Source: Asterias rubens
Taxonomy: Eukaryota
NCBI RefSeq assembly: GCF_902459465.1
Contig: NC_047081.1
Span: 2,294,001-2,358,000 of the forward strand
Length of the DNA: 64,000 nucleotides
Direction of reading: 5' to 3'
Shown here: piece by piece, positions 1 through 12,417 of the stretch
Layout of the letters: the number at the start of each line of letters is the position of its first letter
How positions within the stretch are numbered: the first letter of the stretch is position 1
Made by a program: the position numbers and the translations under genes
The notes under the pieces: model-generated
Databases searched by the model: none
What the model was told of the DNA's origin: nothing
What the model saw: only the letters and a program-made list of their open reading frames with translations

Positions 1-512
1 AGACAGCGAGGAAAACAGTAGATGAAAGAGGGCACTTCCATGTAAAAAAAAACCCACATTTATGAGAACATTTTAATGGGAGGTAAAAGCCCTAGACAGG
101 GAGGTAAATGGCCATGTCGAACTCCGTCTCTATCTCCAACATTATTTTGTTTACAATAGACCTTACTAAAATTGATTTCAATTCATTGAACTTTCCCATG
201 TTTATTACCATGTACATAGCCCTATAATATGCCATAAATCCTTGAGCCAATTAAATGGTTACATTGTGCCTTTGGTGATTTGCTTGTAAACAAAAGGAAA
301 AATAATTGTCAGTGATATATAGCAGACCTTTTGTTGTACAGTATACACATTTAGCTTGTCTCTTGTCTGATTGACTTGCTCAAATTAATTACAGGCAATC
401 AACTGGGGAGCGGCTCAAACTAGTAATGTCCTCTGTTTATGCATCGGTTTTAAGTCAATAACTATCTTATGGTACATGTATATCACTATTTCTATAGCTT
501 TGGATGTGTGTG

Positions 513-895
513 CAGCCGTCGATTTCACAAAAGGGACTTTTTGTTTTCGACGACGGATGGTTCTGTGACGGTAAAGATGACATTTGGCGTCATCTGCGCA
601 TACGTCGGCTTTGAGGACGGTCGTCCCTCAATTTCTACGACAGTACTTGGGATGAATCTTCGTTGTGCTGAAAACGACAACGTTTAGCTGAACAACCGTC
701 GCAGAACCATCCGTCGTCGAAAACGAAAAGTCCCTAAAGAGTTTTTAGGACTCGTCTTATCTAGAGTTGGGACGAGTAACTCGTCCTAACTTAGGTTCAT
801 CTTAAGGTCTGCATGCTACAGTGCGGGGCTGGGACTCGCCAACAAGTCATAACATTAATCCTAATTTAGGAAGAGTTTTGTGAAATCTACAGCTG
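513..895. mobile_element. PIF/Harbinger-like MITE (host), interrupted by a nested MITE
   Basis: Ends cagccgtcgatttcacaaa / tttgtgaaatctacagctg are inverted repeats. The interior (gagtttttaggactcgtcttatc...gacgagtaactcgtcctaac) matches the uninterrupted element at 31443-31596. Confidence 0.75.
532..735. mobile_element. Nested MITE with ~41-bp TIRs and 3-bp TSD (AAA); Harbinger-like
   Basis: agggactttttgttttcgacgacggatggttctgtgacggt ... accgtcgcagaaccatccgtcgtcgaaaacgaaaagtccct. The host reads cacaaagag at 31456, and here aaa is duplicated on both sides of the insert. Confidence 0.85.
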
Positions 896-2871
896 ACCTC
901 GCTGATTGATACTTCACGGAGGCAACAGAGGCGATTGCCTCCATGCCCCGTAGTCATTGCCAAAGTGCTCTTGAAACACTCAAAAAGAAACTTACAAAAA
1001 TGCCTTGGTGCCCTTGCCCGTTCAAGAATGAACCATAAAGGCCTGCAAACACATGATGTCTTTTCAGCATCTGGATGTGCCTTACACAGTGCCTATAGAC
1101 CAGAATTCCGATAAACAAACCCCTCCACCAGCAGACCTGGTTTTGCTCAGGGAGGGTTACTTTCTTCCTCCTTGATTTGATTCCACCAAGAAAGAAAGAC
1201 GAAGAAGACTTTGAGAAACAAGCAACAAAAGACAGGCACTGCTGTGCGATATAAGACAATCAAGAACACAGTCAAGAATGTCACATCACAAGCAAAGTGA
1301 GTCACTGACTCCCATTTCTTGACACTAACCAGTGCATGGAAAGAATGTCCACTATCCAGCATAAGTAAACAAAACTCTTCATGTTTGGTCTGCTGGTTCT
1401 AATGGCTAAGGAAAAGACTATGGGTTTCCCTATTGGAAAAATGTCTGCATACCGAATCGATTAAGTGAATGGTTCAGTGAAGCTTATTGCAAACATTTTT
1501 TTGGTGAAAGTCTGGAAATTACTTCATAAGCACAGCCCAGATGAAGAAATTCCTATGGTCAGGCCAGTCACTGATTTAAGTGATGTCACTATTACACTTG
1601 CTGTGATTGGTCCATTTGGTTACTGGCGAAAATACGTATGACAATTCTGCTCTGACATTTCTCAGAGCTAACCAATCAAATCCATTGTTAGACAGCTTTG
1701 ATAAAGTCACCTTGCACCTTTTTGCTTAGAAAAATCATGTGATTGGTCGATATTGTATTTCAGCTCTAACATTGGTCGGTGTAATATTCAAATAGATTTC
1801 AGCTCTGAATTATTTGCTCTGAAATCAAAGCGGTAGAATTTACTACTAGGTAGTAGAAAGAAATTTAGTCGTCATAATATTTAGGGATGATTCCTCAACC
1901 AGCGAAGAGCTTTACAGTTCACCAACCCACCACCAAAAAAAATTGCAGCAATTGCAGGTTAGACACAAAATTAATCAAAAGTTAAATAAATGACGAATAT
2001 GTTTCCATTTATACAATCATAGAGCAATGAATCATAAAAAAAAACCTTCCAAGTCAACGACCCAGGAATTGAGGTTAGGTCTTTTGTGTAGCTGATAACA
2101 GTTTTTGAAGTACCAAGAACCAGTGTAATTAATCAAATCCTGATGGTTGCATGTAGGTTTCAGCTTAAACCAACAAATTTATCTTGTGTTTATTTGGGGT
2201 TGACAGAATCAAAGTGTTGTCAAAAACCTCACAACCGACCCTCTCTGATAAATTGAATAAACAAACCCTTGTGTTAGTTTGCCTCTCTACGCTGTTTGTA
2301 TTTTTTAGTACAAGCGTATCAGTTTGGAAAACTTTTTCAATATAAACAAATTTACAGTTGCTCTGACAAAATTCTAATTACATTTTTAGGAAGAAGAAAA
2401 CCATACAACCGGCCCTTTGAGCGCTGTTGAAACTCTCCAAATGATAACATAATGTCATCATAAAATAACTTTAAAAGAAAGTTTGAATTTCGATAAAAAT
2501 CAAAATCCTTCTACTACTAAAAAAACACATCCATATTCAAACTCCATCTTCTACCTAAACGCATTGGAAGAAACTCCCGCATCCTTCAATTCAACCATGG
2601 AGAAAAATCTAGAGTTAACCAGCCACAACATCCTTCAAGCATTAGTTAAAAAGCCCCTTTCACACGAAAGCGATCTAGCAAGTGTCCCTTGCTAAATTGT
2701 AGCAAGGTTGAACAATATTGTACAAAATGTACCTTGTGTGAAGCGACAACTTTTGTAGTGTCCGAAGTCCCTTGAAAAATCAAAATATTATTCCTTCAAA
2801 ACTAGCACACTCTCTTACAAACACAGTTTCAAACTCCAATTTGGGTATTTAGGAGGAACAAGACTAAGGAA

Positions 2872-2955
2872 CCACGAACCAAGAAATAAAGAACCAAGAA
2901 ACCAAGAACCAATAATCATGTCCAAGAACCAAAACCCAAGACCCCAAACCCAACC
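2872..2955 (+). repeat. Degenerate (CCAAGAA)n minisatellite
   Basis: aaccacgaaccaagaaataaagaaccaagaaaccaagaacc...ccaagaaccaaaacccaagacc. Confidence 0.7.
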
Positions 2956-3199
2956 AGGTGTAAACTTTTATCTACATGGTTACGTCATTTGATTGGGAGC
3001 ATTTTTATTTTCAGGCAATAGCCACCTGGCTTTTCTTCAATCTCTCTCACACTTCACAGTAAACTCTTAAGTGCACTTCCCTCCTCAACAATATTTGCAT
3101 CCGTGTCCGTTTATGACTTAATTCACTGACAACATCTCTGAGTTTATCAGCAAACATCCACGCCAACTTAAATTCTGTCAAATATTGACATTGATTTGT

Positions 3200-4570
3200 T
3201 GGTAGGGTTTTTCACAGGATTCCATTTTGATTTAACAACATCACCCGTTAAAGGGTTATGGTCCAGCAGCGCTCAATCAATCGCTGTGGGATTGGGGAGT
3301 GGATTTGACTCGGTTTTAATCATTGAATTCATGTTCAGACATTATATTGACACAAGTTTGATAAACAACACAGGCATTTTTGATTGAAGCTTACATTATT
3401 GCAATTAATTCCAATGTAGATTGCTTCCCTAATCAGAGATACAAATAATGTTTTGTAAAATTTAAACTCACATCAATCAATGAAGAAGGAACATTGACAA
3501 TTTCCAACAAAATTGTCACACTTGTTCTTCAGAGTTCCCATGGAGCTATAAACATCCTACTCTTAAACCACTACCCTTAATAAAAGTTGTAAAATACCTT
3601 CATGAAACAGCCGTGAACTTCTATACACCATTTTAGGCGGTGTCGCAAAATTTAGTGTGCTTGTTTCTTTCCAACTTCAAACTATTTAGTAGGCTTTTGA
3701 AATTGGATAACTCCATGTATGCGCTGCCCCTTTAACCTTACCCCTTTCAACCCTCCATTTATTTTTCACCGTAACGTCCTACGCAAAGAGAAGTATAGAT
3801 AACTTCACACCATTGCATCCATGAGACAGACGTTTAGGTCAATGTATAGACCGCCCGCTGACACTGGTACACGCTAAGTCCCTCCAGATATTTACCCGAT
3901 AATTTCCTAAGAAAAGTGTTACAGAACTCCTCTGTCAACGGTCAAGTCCCCCTACAGTATATACAGACCTCGTACTGCGAACATGAACACCAAATGGTTT
4001 CCAAAAATAATTTCCGATCTCTGCTTGGCTATCTCTCTCTATTTTAACCTGGGGCATCCGTGTGTGGAACACATGATTTGGATATCCAAACCTGGATTTT
4101 GTTTCAACACTGGACTGGAAAAGTTCTGCACGACAGAAGATGGAGAAAATAAATGTGGGTTTGCTAAGGGACCAATTGGTTTCGAGTTCACAGCAAGTTT
4201 TCTCTTTCTTGGCTTTTTATTGAGGCGCTGACAGATTGATACTGGTGAGTTAAAAGGTTCCAAGTCCTTGAAGTTTACCCGCTTTACCGAATTTCCTTAG
4301 GATTTACGGGCGATCTTGACATGAATTGATGTCCTTTTCTTCACAGGCCCACCTGGCTTTGGGGTTTTGTCACTCAACTTTACAGGACGGGCGGGAGTTA
4401 AGGAATTTGTCTTACCACCTGCCGCCGCAAATTTACACTTGAAGAAAAGTACATCTGTAGATTTGGCAACAAAAACAGGTCGTGACGTTGACAACAACTG
4501 TCTAAAAGTTCTCACCACACTGCCCCATTTCTCACCGTAATTAGACCCACGTTTAGACCTAAAAATCATG
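3200..4570 (-). pseudogene. Decayed intronless reading frame, origin unknown
   Basis: Track ORFs 4297-4569 and 4039-4263 are in one frame, separated by a single stop and 11 codons (..IARKS*GNSVKRVNFKDLEPF..). Further protein-like segments with stops and frameshifts continue toward ~3200. No motif recognised. Confidence 0.4.
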
Positions 4571-6172
4571 CCCTAATTGAGTCCATGTTACAAGTTCGCC
4601 ACCATTAAAAGTGCACGAGTTTTCTTAGGAATTGTAAAAAAAAAAATCAGCGAAGTGTGGACTTAAAGAGATAACATTTCATAGCCCTAAACCACACACG
4701 TGCAGTTCAGCACAATGCCCGCTCTTTTGTGGATTTAGTATTCAAGTTTTATAGAATTAGGAAACAATAAGGACCTTCAACTTTATTCAATCACACAGTC
4801 CAAGTAACTCTCTTGTGGTTAGCTTTCGGCAGGGTCTCAAATAAAAGAACCTACTGGTTCCTCCACCACAGCTACACACAAAATTGTTGATCAGTGGGAA
4901 AAGGGGCTTGTATACGACGGGAAACCTGACTGAGAACACACTGTGAGGTCGCAGAGCAGATGCCTGGAATTAATTGGCGAAAAACAAGCCCCAGTTGGTT
5001 CATGGTTGGTTTGATGTGAAGAAAAGCCTCCCTGTTTGTTAGCCATACACGGGAAAAACTTCCCTCTTTTTTTTGTTGATGGAAGGTCAAAAGTTCCGAT
5101 TTCAAGGGACCGGTGCTTGCTTGGTGTAAGGGTCACGTGCCAATACTCATTCAACGCAGGCAGATTTTGCTATTTTAGCACGATTCGTTGCGTGGAGACA
5201 ATAGCGATGAAAAGTTTTTTTATTTCTAACAGTGGGGACCGCAAAAGCAGCAAGTTTCGGGTGCCAAGTTTGCCGTCTCTGGGCAGCTAAACGCCCCGGG
5301 GGCTTGTGGCGTTTGGCGGATTGTCCAGGCTTAACCCGGTGTTCCCTCAAGCCGTTTGAATTTGTTCTTCTTTATATAGAAAAAAAAATCCAGCAAACTA
5401 AATCAACAATCTGACAAGAAAAACCCCGCAGGTACCTTGCCTGCCAATATTATTACGTTGCAAAAATAAACAGAAGCAGCATTTTCTTTGCAACCGTGCA
5501 CTGCAAGTTCCAACTTCAAACATGTCTGGACGTAACAACCGCTTACCGGTACACCACAAAAAAAGGGGAAACATTTGAAGTGACGGTTGCAAGATGTGAC
5601 CAAATTATTTTACCAATAATTTAAAAAGGGGGTTATGCCAATTAAATACTATTAGAACTGGAAAATACTAATCGGACCGTGCAATTTGTGCATTGGGTCA
5701 CTTGCCTCAACAAACAACCGTTATTATGTATTTGCTTCCAGTTTTTATGAAGAAAAAAAAACATTTCAAAATCAAAACCTATAGAGTGTATAAAACAACC
5801 CACATAATAATTTGTAACGATTACAATTTGGTTTATCCATGTAGGTTTCCTTCCCTTGTTTGAATGTTTCTTTTTTTCCACGTTTTCCTTCTTTATCATT
5901 AGAGCAAATACCTTGGTATTCTAACCATTGGTTGGATTTGAATATTTTATTTTATTCAATTTGAAGACTCCTTCTGTTCTGAGTTAGCCTACAGTAGTTT
6001 AATACAACTATACGTCTCTGTATGCATTCTTGAATATTTTGTACAAATATTAACATAATCAGTAGTTTCAAATTAATATTTATATAAAAATATAGTGCAG
6101 GAACTGACCCACGCAGTGAGATTGAGAACTGACCGACGAAGTTTGTATAGTAAAAAACTACACACCCTGAAA

Positions 6173-6551
6173 TTAAAGGCAGTGGACACTATTGGTGATT
6201 ACTCAAAATAATTATGAGTTATTCTTGATTACGAGTAATGGGGAGAGGTTGATGGTATAAAACATTGTGAGAAACAGCTCTGTCTGAAGTGACGTAGTTT
6301 TGGAGAAAGAAGTAACTTTTCACGAATTTGATTTCGAGACCTCAAGTTAAGAATTTTAGGTCTCGAAATCAAGCATCTGAAAGCACACAACTTCCTGTGA
6401 CAAGGGTATTTTTTCTTTCATTATTATCTCGCAAATTCGACGACCGATTGAGCTAAATTTTTCACAGGTTTGTTATTTTATGCATATGTTGAAATACACT
6501 AACTGTGAAGGCTAGTCTTTGACAATTACCAACAGTGTCCACTGCCTTTCT
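6173..6551 (+). mobile_element. Kolobok/T2-type MITE, family A
   Basis: TTAA-AGGCAGTGGACACTATTGG ... CCAACAGTGTCCACTGCCTTT, ~380 bp, near-identical to 8 other copies. TTAA target plus AGG termini are typical of Kolobok/T2 MITEs. Confidence 0.9.
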
Positions 6552-6804
6552 AAGGGATACAAATAGTCTCAGGCTCTAAGAAAACCAGTAATTTCTTTCA
6601 CAGTAGTATAATATTCTTCTTCTTCTGTCCAGAGTTGAACCTACATCAATACTTGAGATTCCAAAGCAATCCTTTCTCCTTGACGATAATAAACTCGAAC
6701 TGCGTCAAACAACACTTGCCCCCAGGTAACAAAAAAACGATCGCACGAACTTGGAGGCAGGAGAAGAAGCCAAAGCTAGCGAAATATGATTACACTTCCT
6801 TCAT

Positions 6805-7235
6805 TTAAAGGCGCTGGACACTATTGGTAATTTACTCAAAATAATAGTAAGCAACAACAAAAACTACTTGGTATAAAATGTTTAGCAATGCAGAGCTATT
6901 GATTGTATAAAACATTGTGAGACCATTGAGGTAGCATGGTCAGATTGAGAAGCGGCTCCTTTGGAAGTACGTAGTTTTTTTAGGGTATTTCTCACTCAAA
7001 AAAGGAATAATAAAAGACTTTAGCTGAAGCCAGTTTATTATCTGAAAACACAAAGTTGTGCACTGTTTTCTTTTATTGTTCTTTAACAACTTCGATGACG
7101 ATTGAGTCAATTAATTTTCACAGGTTTGTTATTTTATGCATATATGTTGGGATACACCACAGAGCAAGGGGGAAACACCAAGTGCGAATACTGGTACTTC
7201 ATTTGACAATTTCCAAAGGTGTCCAGTGCATTTAA
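6805..7235 (+). mobile_element. Kolobok-type MITE, family B (A-related ends, different middle)
   Basis: ttaa-aggcgctggacactattggtaat ... ttccaaaggtgtccagtgcat-ttaa. Subterminal blocks are shared with family A. Confidence 0.85.
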
Positions 7236-8651
7236 ATTGTGGAAAAAGTGATTCGAGTATATTCAGTACGAAACACTTCATGAATTTGATGAACTTACCT
7301 TGTGAAAAGGCCTCTGGTATTAACAAACAGTTGAGAAGACACAACGCTGTGGTTGTTGTCACTCGCCACATTGTAGTGGGGCCCGCTGCCGACGTATGTC
7401 CCATGATTCTAGCAAAGGCGGTCCGCTTCGTAAGCATTCCTCGTAAATTCAGTCCGTTTCCACATTCACCTACGATACTGCCACAGTCCAGAGCTGTTTT
7501 CACCCAAATTCCACCGAAATATAGCGTTCAGATTTAGGCACAAGCTAGTTGAAGACTTCTTCTGGCGGAATCTTCAAGAAAACCGCTGCATAATATAACA
7601 GGGGAAAACAAGAATGATTTAAATGGAAGGCCTTACTCCGTCAAAAAATAGCGTTATTTATGTTAGAGTCCCATAAAGCCTGCACACGTGCATACCCATA
7701 CGATTGCACCCAATGAATCTATGATACTACGCTCATCGCAGTGAATCGCCCGCAGCAGACGTCTGCTGTGCGTTAAGACTATACTATTCCCCCAAGAGGG
7801 GTGTCCAGAAATTTATTTGTAAACATTTCAATTAATAAACACAAAACCAACCAATGGATTTAGTTCATAAATACCTTAAACAAAGTACTCGTACAAATTA
7901 GATGTAGAAGTATTATTTTGTATTACAATATCGCGGTTTTAACCACTTAAAGCCACAAAAAATTGAGTAATAGTGTCCTCTAAGAATTTTAATGGTTTAG
8001 TCTGTGATTGTTTCAACATTGTCTAGCCACGGACACAAGGTGGCGCGCCAGGCTTGCGTCGATTATCTACGCAATTCCATCAACTAGTTTGCATAAATCA
8101 TTAACTCTCTAAAGAAAGGGGAACGCAGAATTAGCGTAACAGAAAAGGTTAATGCGACTGAGAAGTCAAGTGGATATTTTGTCGCCACTCAGCCACAATT
8201 TAAGAAGGTAAACAAATTGTTTGCAAGAGTGATTCTTATCAATCAACAATAAACGGGACAAAAGGCATTAAAAGCCCTCACATTTTAAACAGATTTAAGC
8301 CCGTGACAATATTATTCTATGTTTAAAAGCGAGGCGCAATACTTTGTTTTCGTTAAGAAGTTTTACACAGAATACTGTTGTCAAAATGCACCTATTTTCA
8401 TTAAAATAATTGTTTTTAAATATAATTGTATGCTTCAAGTTGAGGGTTCTAGCCAGGAGTTGGTATGCCCTATAAAGGATTGTCAAAACTTGCTTGAAAT
8501 TTTAAAACTTCGGGACAAAATAATTGTTCACTTACAACACATAATACATGTTGATTTTAGGCTAAATCACACATAAAACAATGTGTCAAACTTTGAAAAC
8601 AGGGTTTACTTTCTCAGAACCAAATTTGGGGGCTGAAAATTACCTATTTCT

Positions 8652-8692
8652 CTGAAACCATGGAGGAATAATTTATTCCTCCATGCTGAAAC
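8652..8692. mobile_element. 27-bp perfect palindrome between exact 7-bp direct repeats (putative transposon footprint)
   Basis: ctgaaac|catggaggaataa-t-ttattcctccatg|ctgaaac. Confidence 0.8.
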
Positions 8693-10072
8693 TAAACTAC
8701 TTCAAAGGAGCCGTTTCTAACAATGGTATTTGTAAACTATCACAAGCTCTCGAGTGTTTTCTATCAAGTAGCCTAAGTTTAACCGTTTAATTGATAAAAC
8801 TACTTCAACAATGCATGACTCAAACTCAACTTAGACAAAATGTACATTTTACAAGACAATACAAGACCAGAGTTCAAAAGATTTTTTTCTGCGAAAAATT
8901 ACAATTATTTTATGTGTCGGTGTCTTTCTGACTCAAACTAAACAAACACATTTTGAGTTATCAAAGAGCAATGATCTTTGTGGTTGACCGTTCTGTACCA
9001 ATTAAGTGATAACAAGTTCCTTTGAAGTTAAAGAATGACAACAATTTATTGTGTAAAAGTGAACGAAATCAATTAACGAAGACAAAACAGAGAATTAAAA
9101 TGAAGCGAAGCTGAGCTTCATCCAATAAACCCTGCATTAAAGGGGCGGGACAACAGTCACTCCCATTTTTTTTTTTAAACAGCTGAGACCTTCATTGAAA
9201 TCATAGCTTGTTCATTATTTGTTCCCAAAAGAAGAAAAAAGGTTCAAAATTGGTTGACCTAATGAATTTATTCGGCCACTCTGTCCCCAGTTGGGCGCTA
9301 TTTATAGTTGGGCTTTCTCGTTGTCAACCGATGGTAAACCCTAGGAATCACAACGTAACGTATCGGTTTTATATCCTCACTCTGGGGGTCGCGAGCATCG
9401 TTCCAAGATGGGCAAACTATATTCAACAAACAAAACGATCGTATTGTTGGCCTCGCCCCTTTAATTCCAGACGCCCCAATCTCTGCGCATAAATCTTTCC
9501 CCTCCTCGTTTGGCTGCGGCCTCCGCGTTAAATTTAATGGTGAGCGATAAAAAGTGGTGTTGTCCTAGAATTCCTAACCGCTGACTAAAGGGGGAGAAGG
9601 CGGCAATGTACCGCAACGTAAACAAATGCGAGCCTGTTGTACCATGGGGTAGAACCAGAACTACCACAGACCATTCCTTGCTCCCAAAGCAGTGATTGTT
9701 ACGTTTGTAAACTAATGAAAACATTTGTTTTATCAATGCTTCATGTTTTCGTCACCTGTTCAGGTTTTAAATCAGATTGCGTGAAAACGGCACCATTGTG
9801 TGATACCACCGTGGTTGTTACCCCCAGTTTCTGCTTCACTAATATTTTACGTCCGATAACTCATGCCTTCCCATACTACAAAAGTGTTTGTAAAACAGGA
9901 GGATCCGGAAGCGCACAGCTTAACTCACGTATGGCCATAGCTGGGAATCGAACCTGGGCCGATTTCAAAGATGCAATTGTAGCTGCCACGTAAAGTGTGA
10001 TGTCACAATACAATTAAATCACTACGGTAATAATGACAATTGTCTTCCGAATGCGATGATTTGTATTGCTTA

Positions 10073-10098
10073 GTGAAACCATAGAGCAAAGGTGAAAC
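10073..10098. mobile_element. One-sided 12-bp CATAGAG insert between 7-bp direct repeats
   Basis: gtgaaac|catagagcaaag|gtgaaac. Confidence 0.55.
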
Positions 10099-11099
10099 TA
10101 TGGGTAGGTTTCTAATGGTGGACTACATTGGTGAGAGAGGTAAGCAATTTTACGCACGGTGCCACACACGTCATCTGAGCCAGAGTGGACAATCTCCTTT
10201 GCAGAAAAACTTGCTCCAGCTTGGTCTACTCTTACTGATGTGTACGCTTGTTGTTGTGTAATTACTTATACTTTTTAGTGGCTCATGATAAAAAAAATGT
10301 ATGTAGGTCTACGTACATGTACTTCATCACTACTTGAGGCGCTTCACTGGTACATATTCTCTTACCAAAATAAACAACATCTATCATGTTTAATGTGTGA
10401 CTTTTTCTTCCGGTAATGTCCGTAGGTGGGAGCAAAAAAAACGACACCCATACCTGGTTTCGATTTGAAGGACATCTGGTTTACAAAAACTCGTTCCTCA
10501 ATCTGTTTAATGTAACCATATAATAATAAATAGATGTAAAACGCGTTGGAGGTCTATGGTTAGCTCCGTGGGACAAGCAACAGGTCGTGTCCTGTCAGCA
10601 GGTCGTAGACAGGGGCCCCCATTAGGGACACCTGGTCGTAAACAATGGGGGATAATCAGGCACTGTTTGCGGGCGGACATCCGCTTACGACTTCCCCCAT
10701 TTCCGTCCTAAATGAGGTAAACCGTTAGACACGTACAACCCGATGGAGCCAGCTATTCACGGGCTTATGGTCAAGCTCAAAAACCGACAGAATTTCCACG
10801 GTCCGAAACTCAAAGGAGGCTCGTTTTCAAGTAATTTTCTTTAGAGAAACTATCATTACCAAGTGTATGTTTTTACTGTTAATACCTGGTTATCTTTACT
10901 CCTGGTTAGGCCCACATGCAGCTGTATTATTGCACAGTTTAGCAGGAGGTTCCTCCGTGGAGAAAAACCTTTTCCTTTCTCCATGCGTGGAGGAACCAAC
11001 ACCCCAATTCTACGGGTAGGGCGAGTGGGAAGGATCGAGCTTTTAGCCCGGCTACCCTTGATTGAATGATACGGTGGTAGCTCGCAGTGTGGTAGTAGT

Positions 11100-11760
11100 G
11101 TGGCCATGCATGGACACATCTCAAGCAACAACAGGCCATGCGTTTTAACTTTTTCAAAAGTCTAGCCGACGGGGCCAACAAATTGTGCATTATTTTTCAT
11201 TTCCACACATAAGATGTTTTATTTAGCCCAGATTTCAAGCATGTTTTCAACCATACGTCTATTTTAAATGTAAAATATGTGACTGGTTAGGCCCATACTG
11301 CCAAGATCTGCTGGCACCAAAAGTGACCAAAACAAAACTGACCCTGTTTCCACGCAGCTCTCGCAAATCTAGGCTAAATCCATGCTCTAACCATAGGCGA
11401 ATCGATCCAGCGTGCCACCTCCCTCTGGGTTTTAGAATGACCTTTCCGTTCTCAGATGCAATTTTCGATGCAGAGGTCGGTAAATCAATGTCCATTATCT
11501 ACTTTGATATCTCGAGGGCCAATACGTCTTGGAAACGAACAGGGGACCTTATTTCTTACCCACATGCTTGCCCTGCAAACTTCAACCTGTAAGGAGCACA
11601 TATCACTTTGTTCATATTCTTCTCCCCTTCAAATTAAGTTTAAGGTTGGGAATATAACTTGATAGTTGGAAGGGTCCATGAACAATTTTGGAGAAGAGAG
11701 TGAAGTGCACAATGTTCGACCTACTTCGGTACCAGACTACACGGTGCATCATAGCATAAC
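11100..11760 (+). pseudogene. Heavily decayed CR1/L2-type LINE reverse transcriptase fragment
   Basis: Motif remnants occur in the expected order across frames: SNNRPCVLTFSKV (cf. NYRPISL..SK), LGFR, DAEVGKSMSIIYFDISRA (cf. D.G..V..IYLDFSKAF), HILLPFKLSLRLGI (cf. H..LL.KL...GI), and a weak V..TSVP. Confidence 0.45.
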
Positions 11761-12114
11761 TTTTTACAAGGGGGAAGAAAACAGAACAGGAAATAGTGCA
11801 TTGCATGACGTTGAGCACATCGTTACCTCAAAACGTGGTTGTAAAACCAAGAGCCCATTTTTAATTATGAAGTGTTAATGAGGCCCGGCCTTGTCTTCTC
11901 TCCATTGCATTGGGCTATTGGCTATATATTACAGTAATTTTGTTAGAGAGCTCTAATGACATGATGTCAGTTGTGTGTGTGACTATGCCCGTTTCTGATA
12001 ATACATTTTAGCATGTTAGAAAGTGTATATTTTTGCTATAAAATAAGGACCATGGCGACCCTGGATCCCATGCAAACATGTCACACTTCATTTATAGCTG
12101 GATGACCCAATATT

Positions 12115-12417
12115 TTATACAACCAAAACTTTTGAAATTCTCCAGTGTTGGTGGTCAGGGTTTTGTATGCCAAGGTTTTCAAGGTTCAATCGCATGCTAT
12201 GGAATGTCCCGAAGCGCTGAGCTTTAGTCCCAGTGGGTACCCGTAACAACAGACGACGCTCCACCGGCAGCCGTTTTATGATCAGATCTACGGATGGATC
12301 AGAACCAGAAGGGTCGGTGACCAGACCATGCAAGGACACAAAGTTCTGTCGGTCTCTTTTTATCATTTTGTAGCGTTGCGTTGGTTTCTGCACCCTGGAG
12401 CTAAACGGCTGATACAA
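12115..12417 (-). other. Protein-like 100-aa frame, weakly PLAT/LH2-domain-like (exon or pseudo-exon)
   Basis: NFVSLHGLVTDPSGSDPSVDLII...FGTFHSMRLNLENLGIQNPDHQHWRISKVLVV*. The pattern resembles PLAT GTD..V.I and G.L..I.L..EN.G....W.L.KV.V by eye only. A possible acceptor gttttgtatcag lies at the start. Confidence 0.25.

Noticed and set aside
950-1300. Coding-like stretch ending at a gtgagt donor (1297)
   Set aside because: Every plus frame contains stops within the plausible exon and no motif was recognised; it may be a relic but is too weak to call.
10510-10565. cata...gtctatg 42-bp candidate member of the footprint class
   Set aside because: The flanks (atgtaac / gttagct) are not a direct repeat and the interior is not palindromic. 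Candidates at 12050 and 61255 fail for the same reason.
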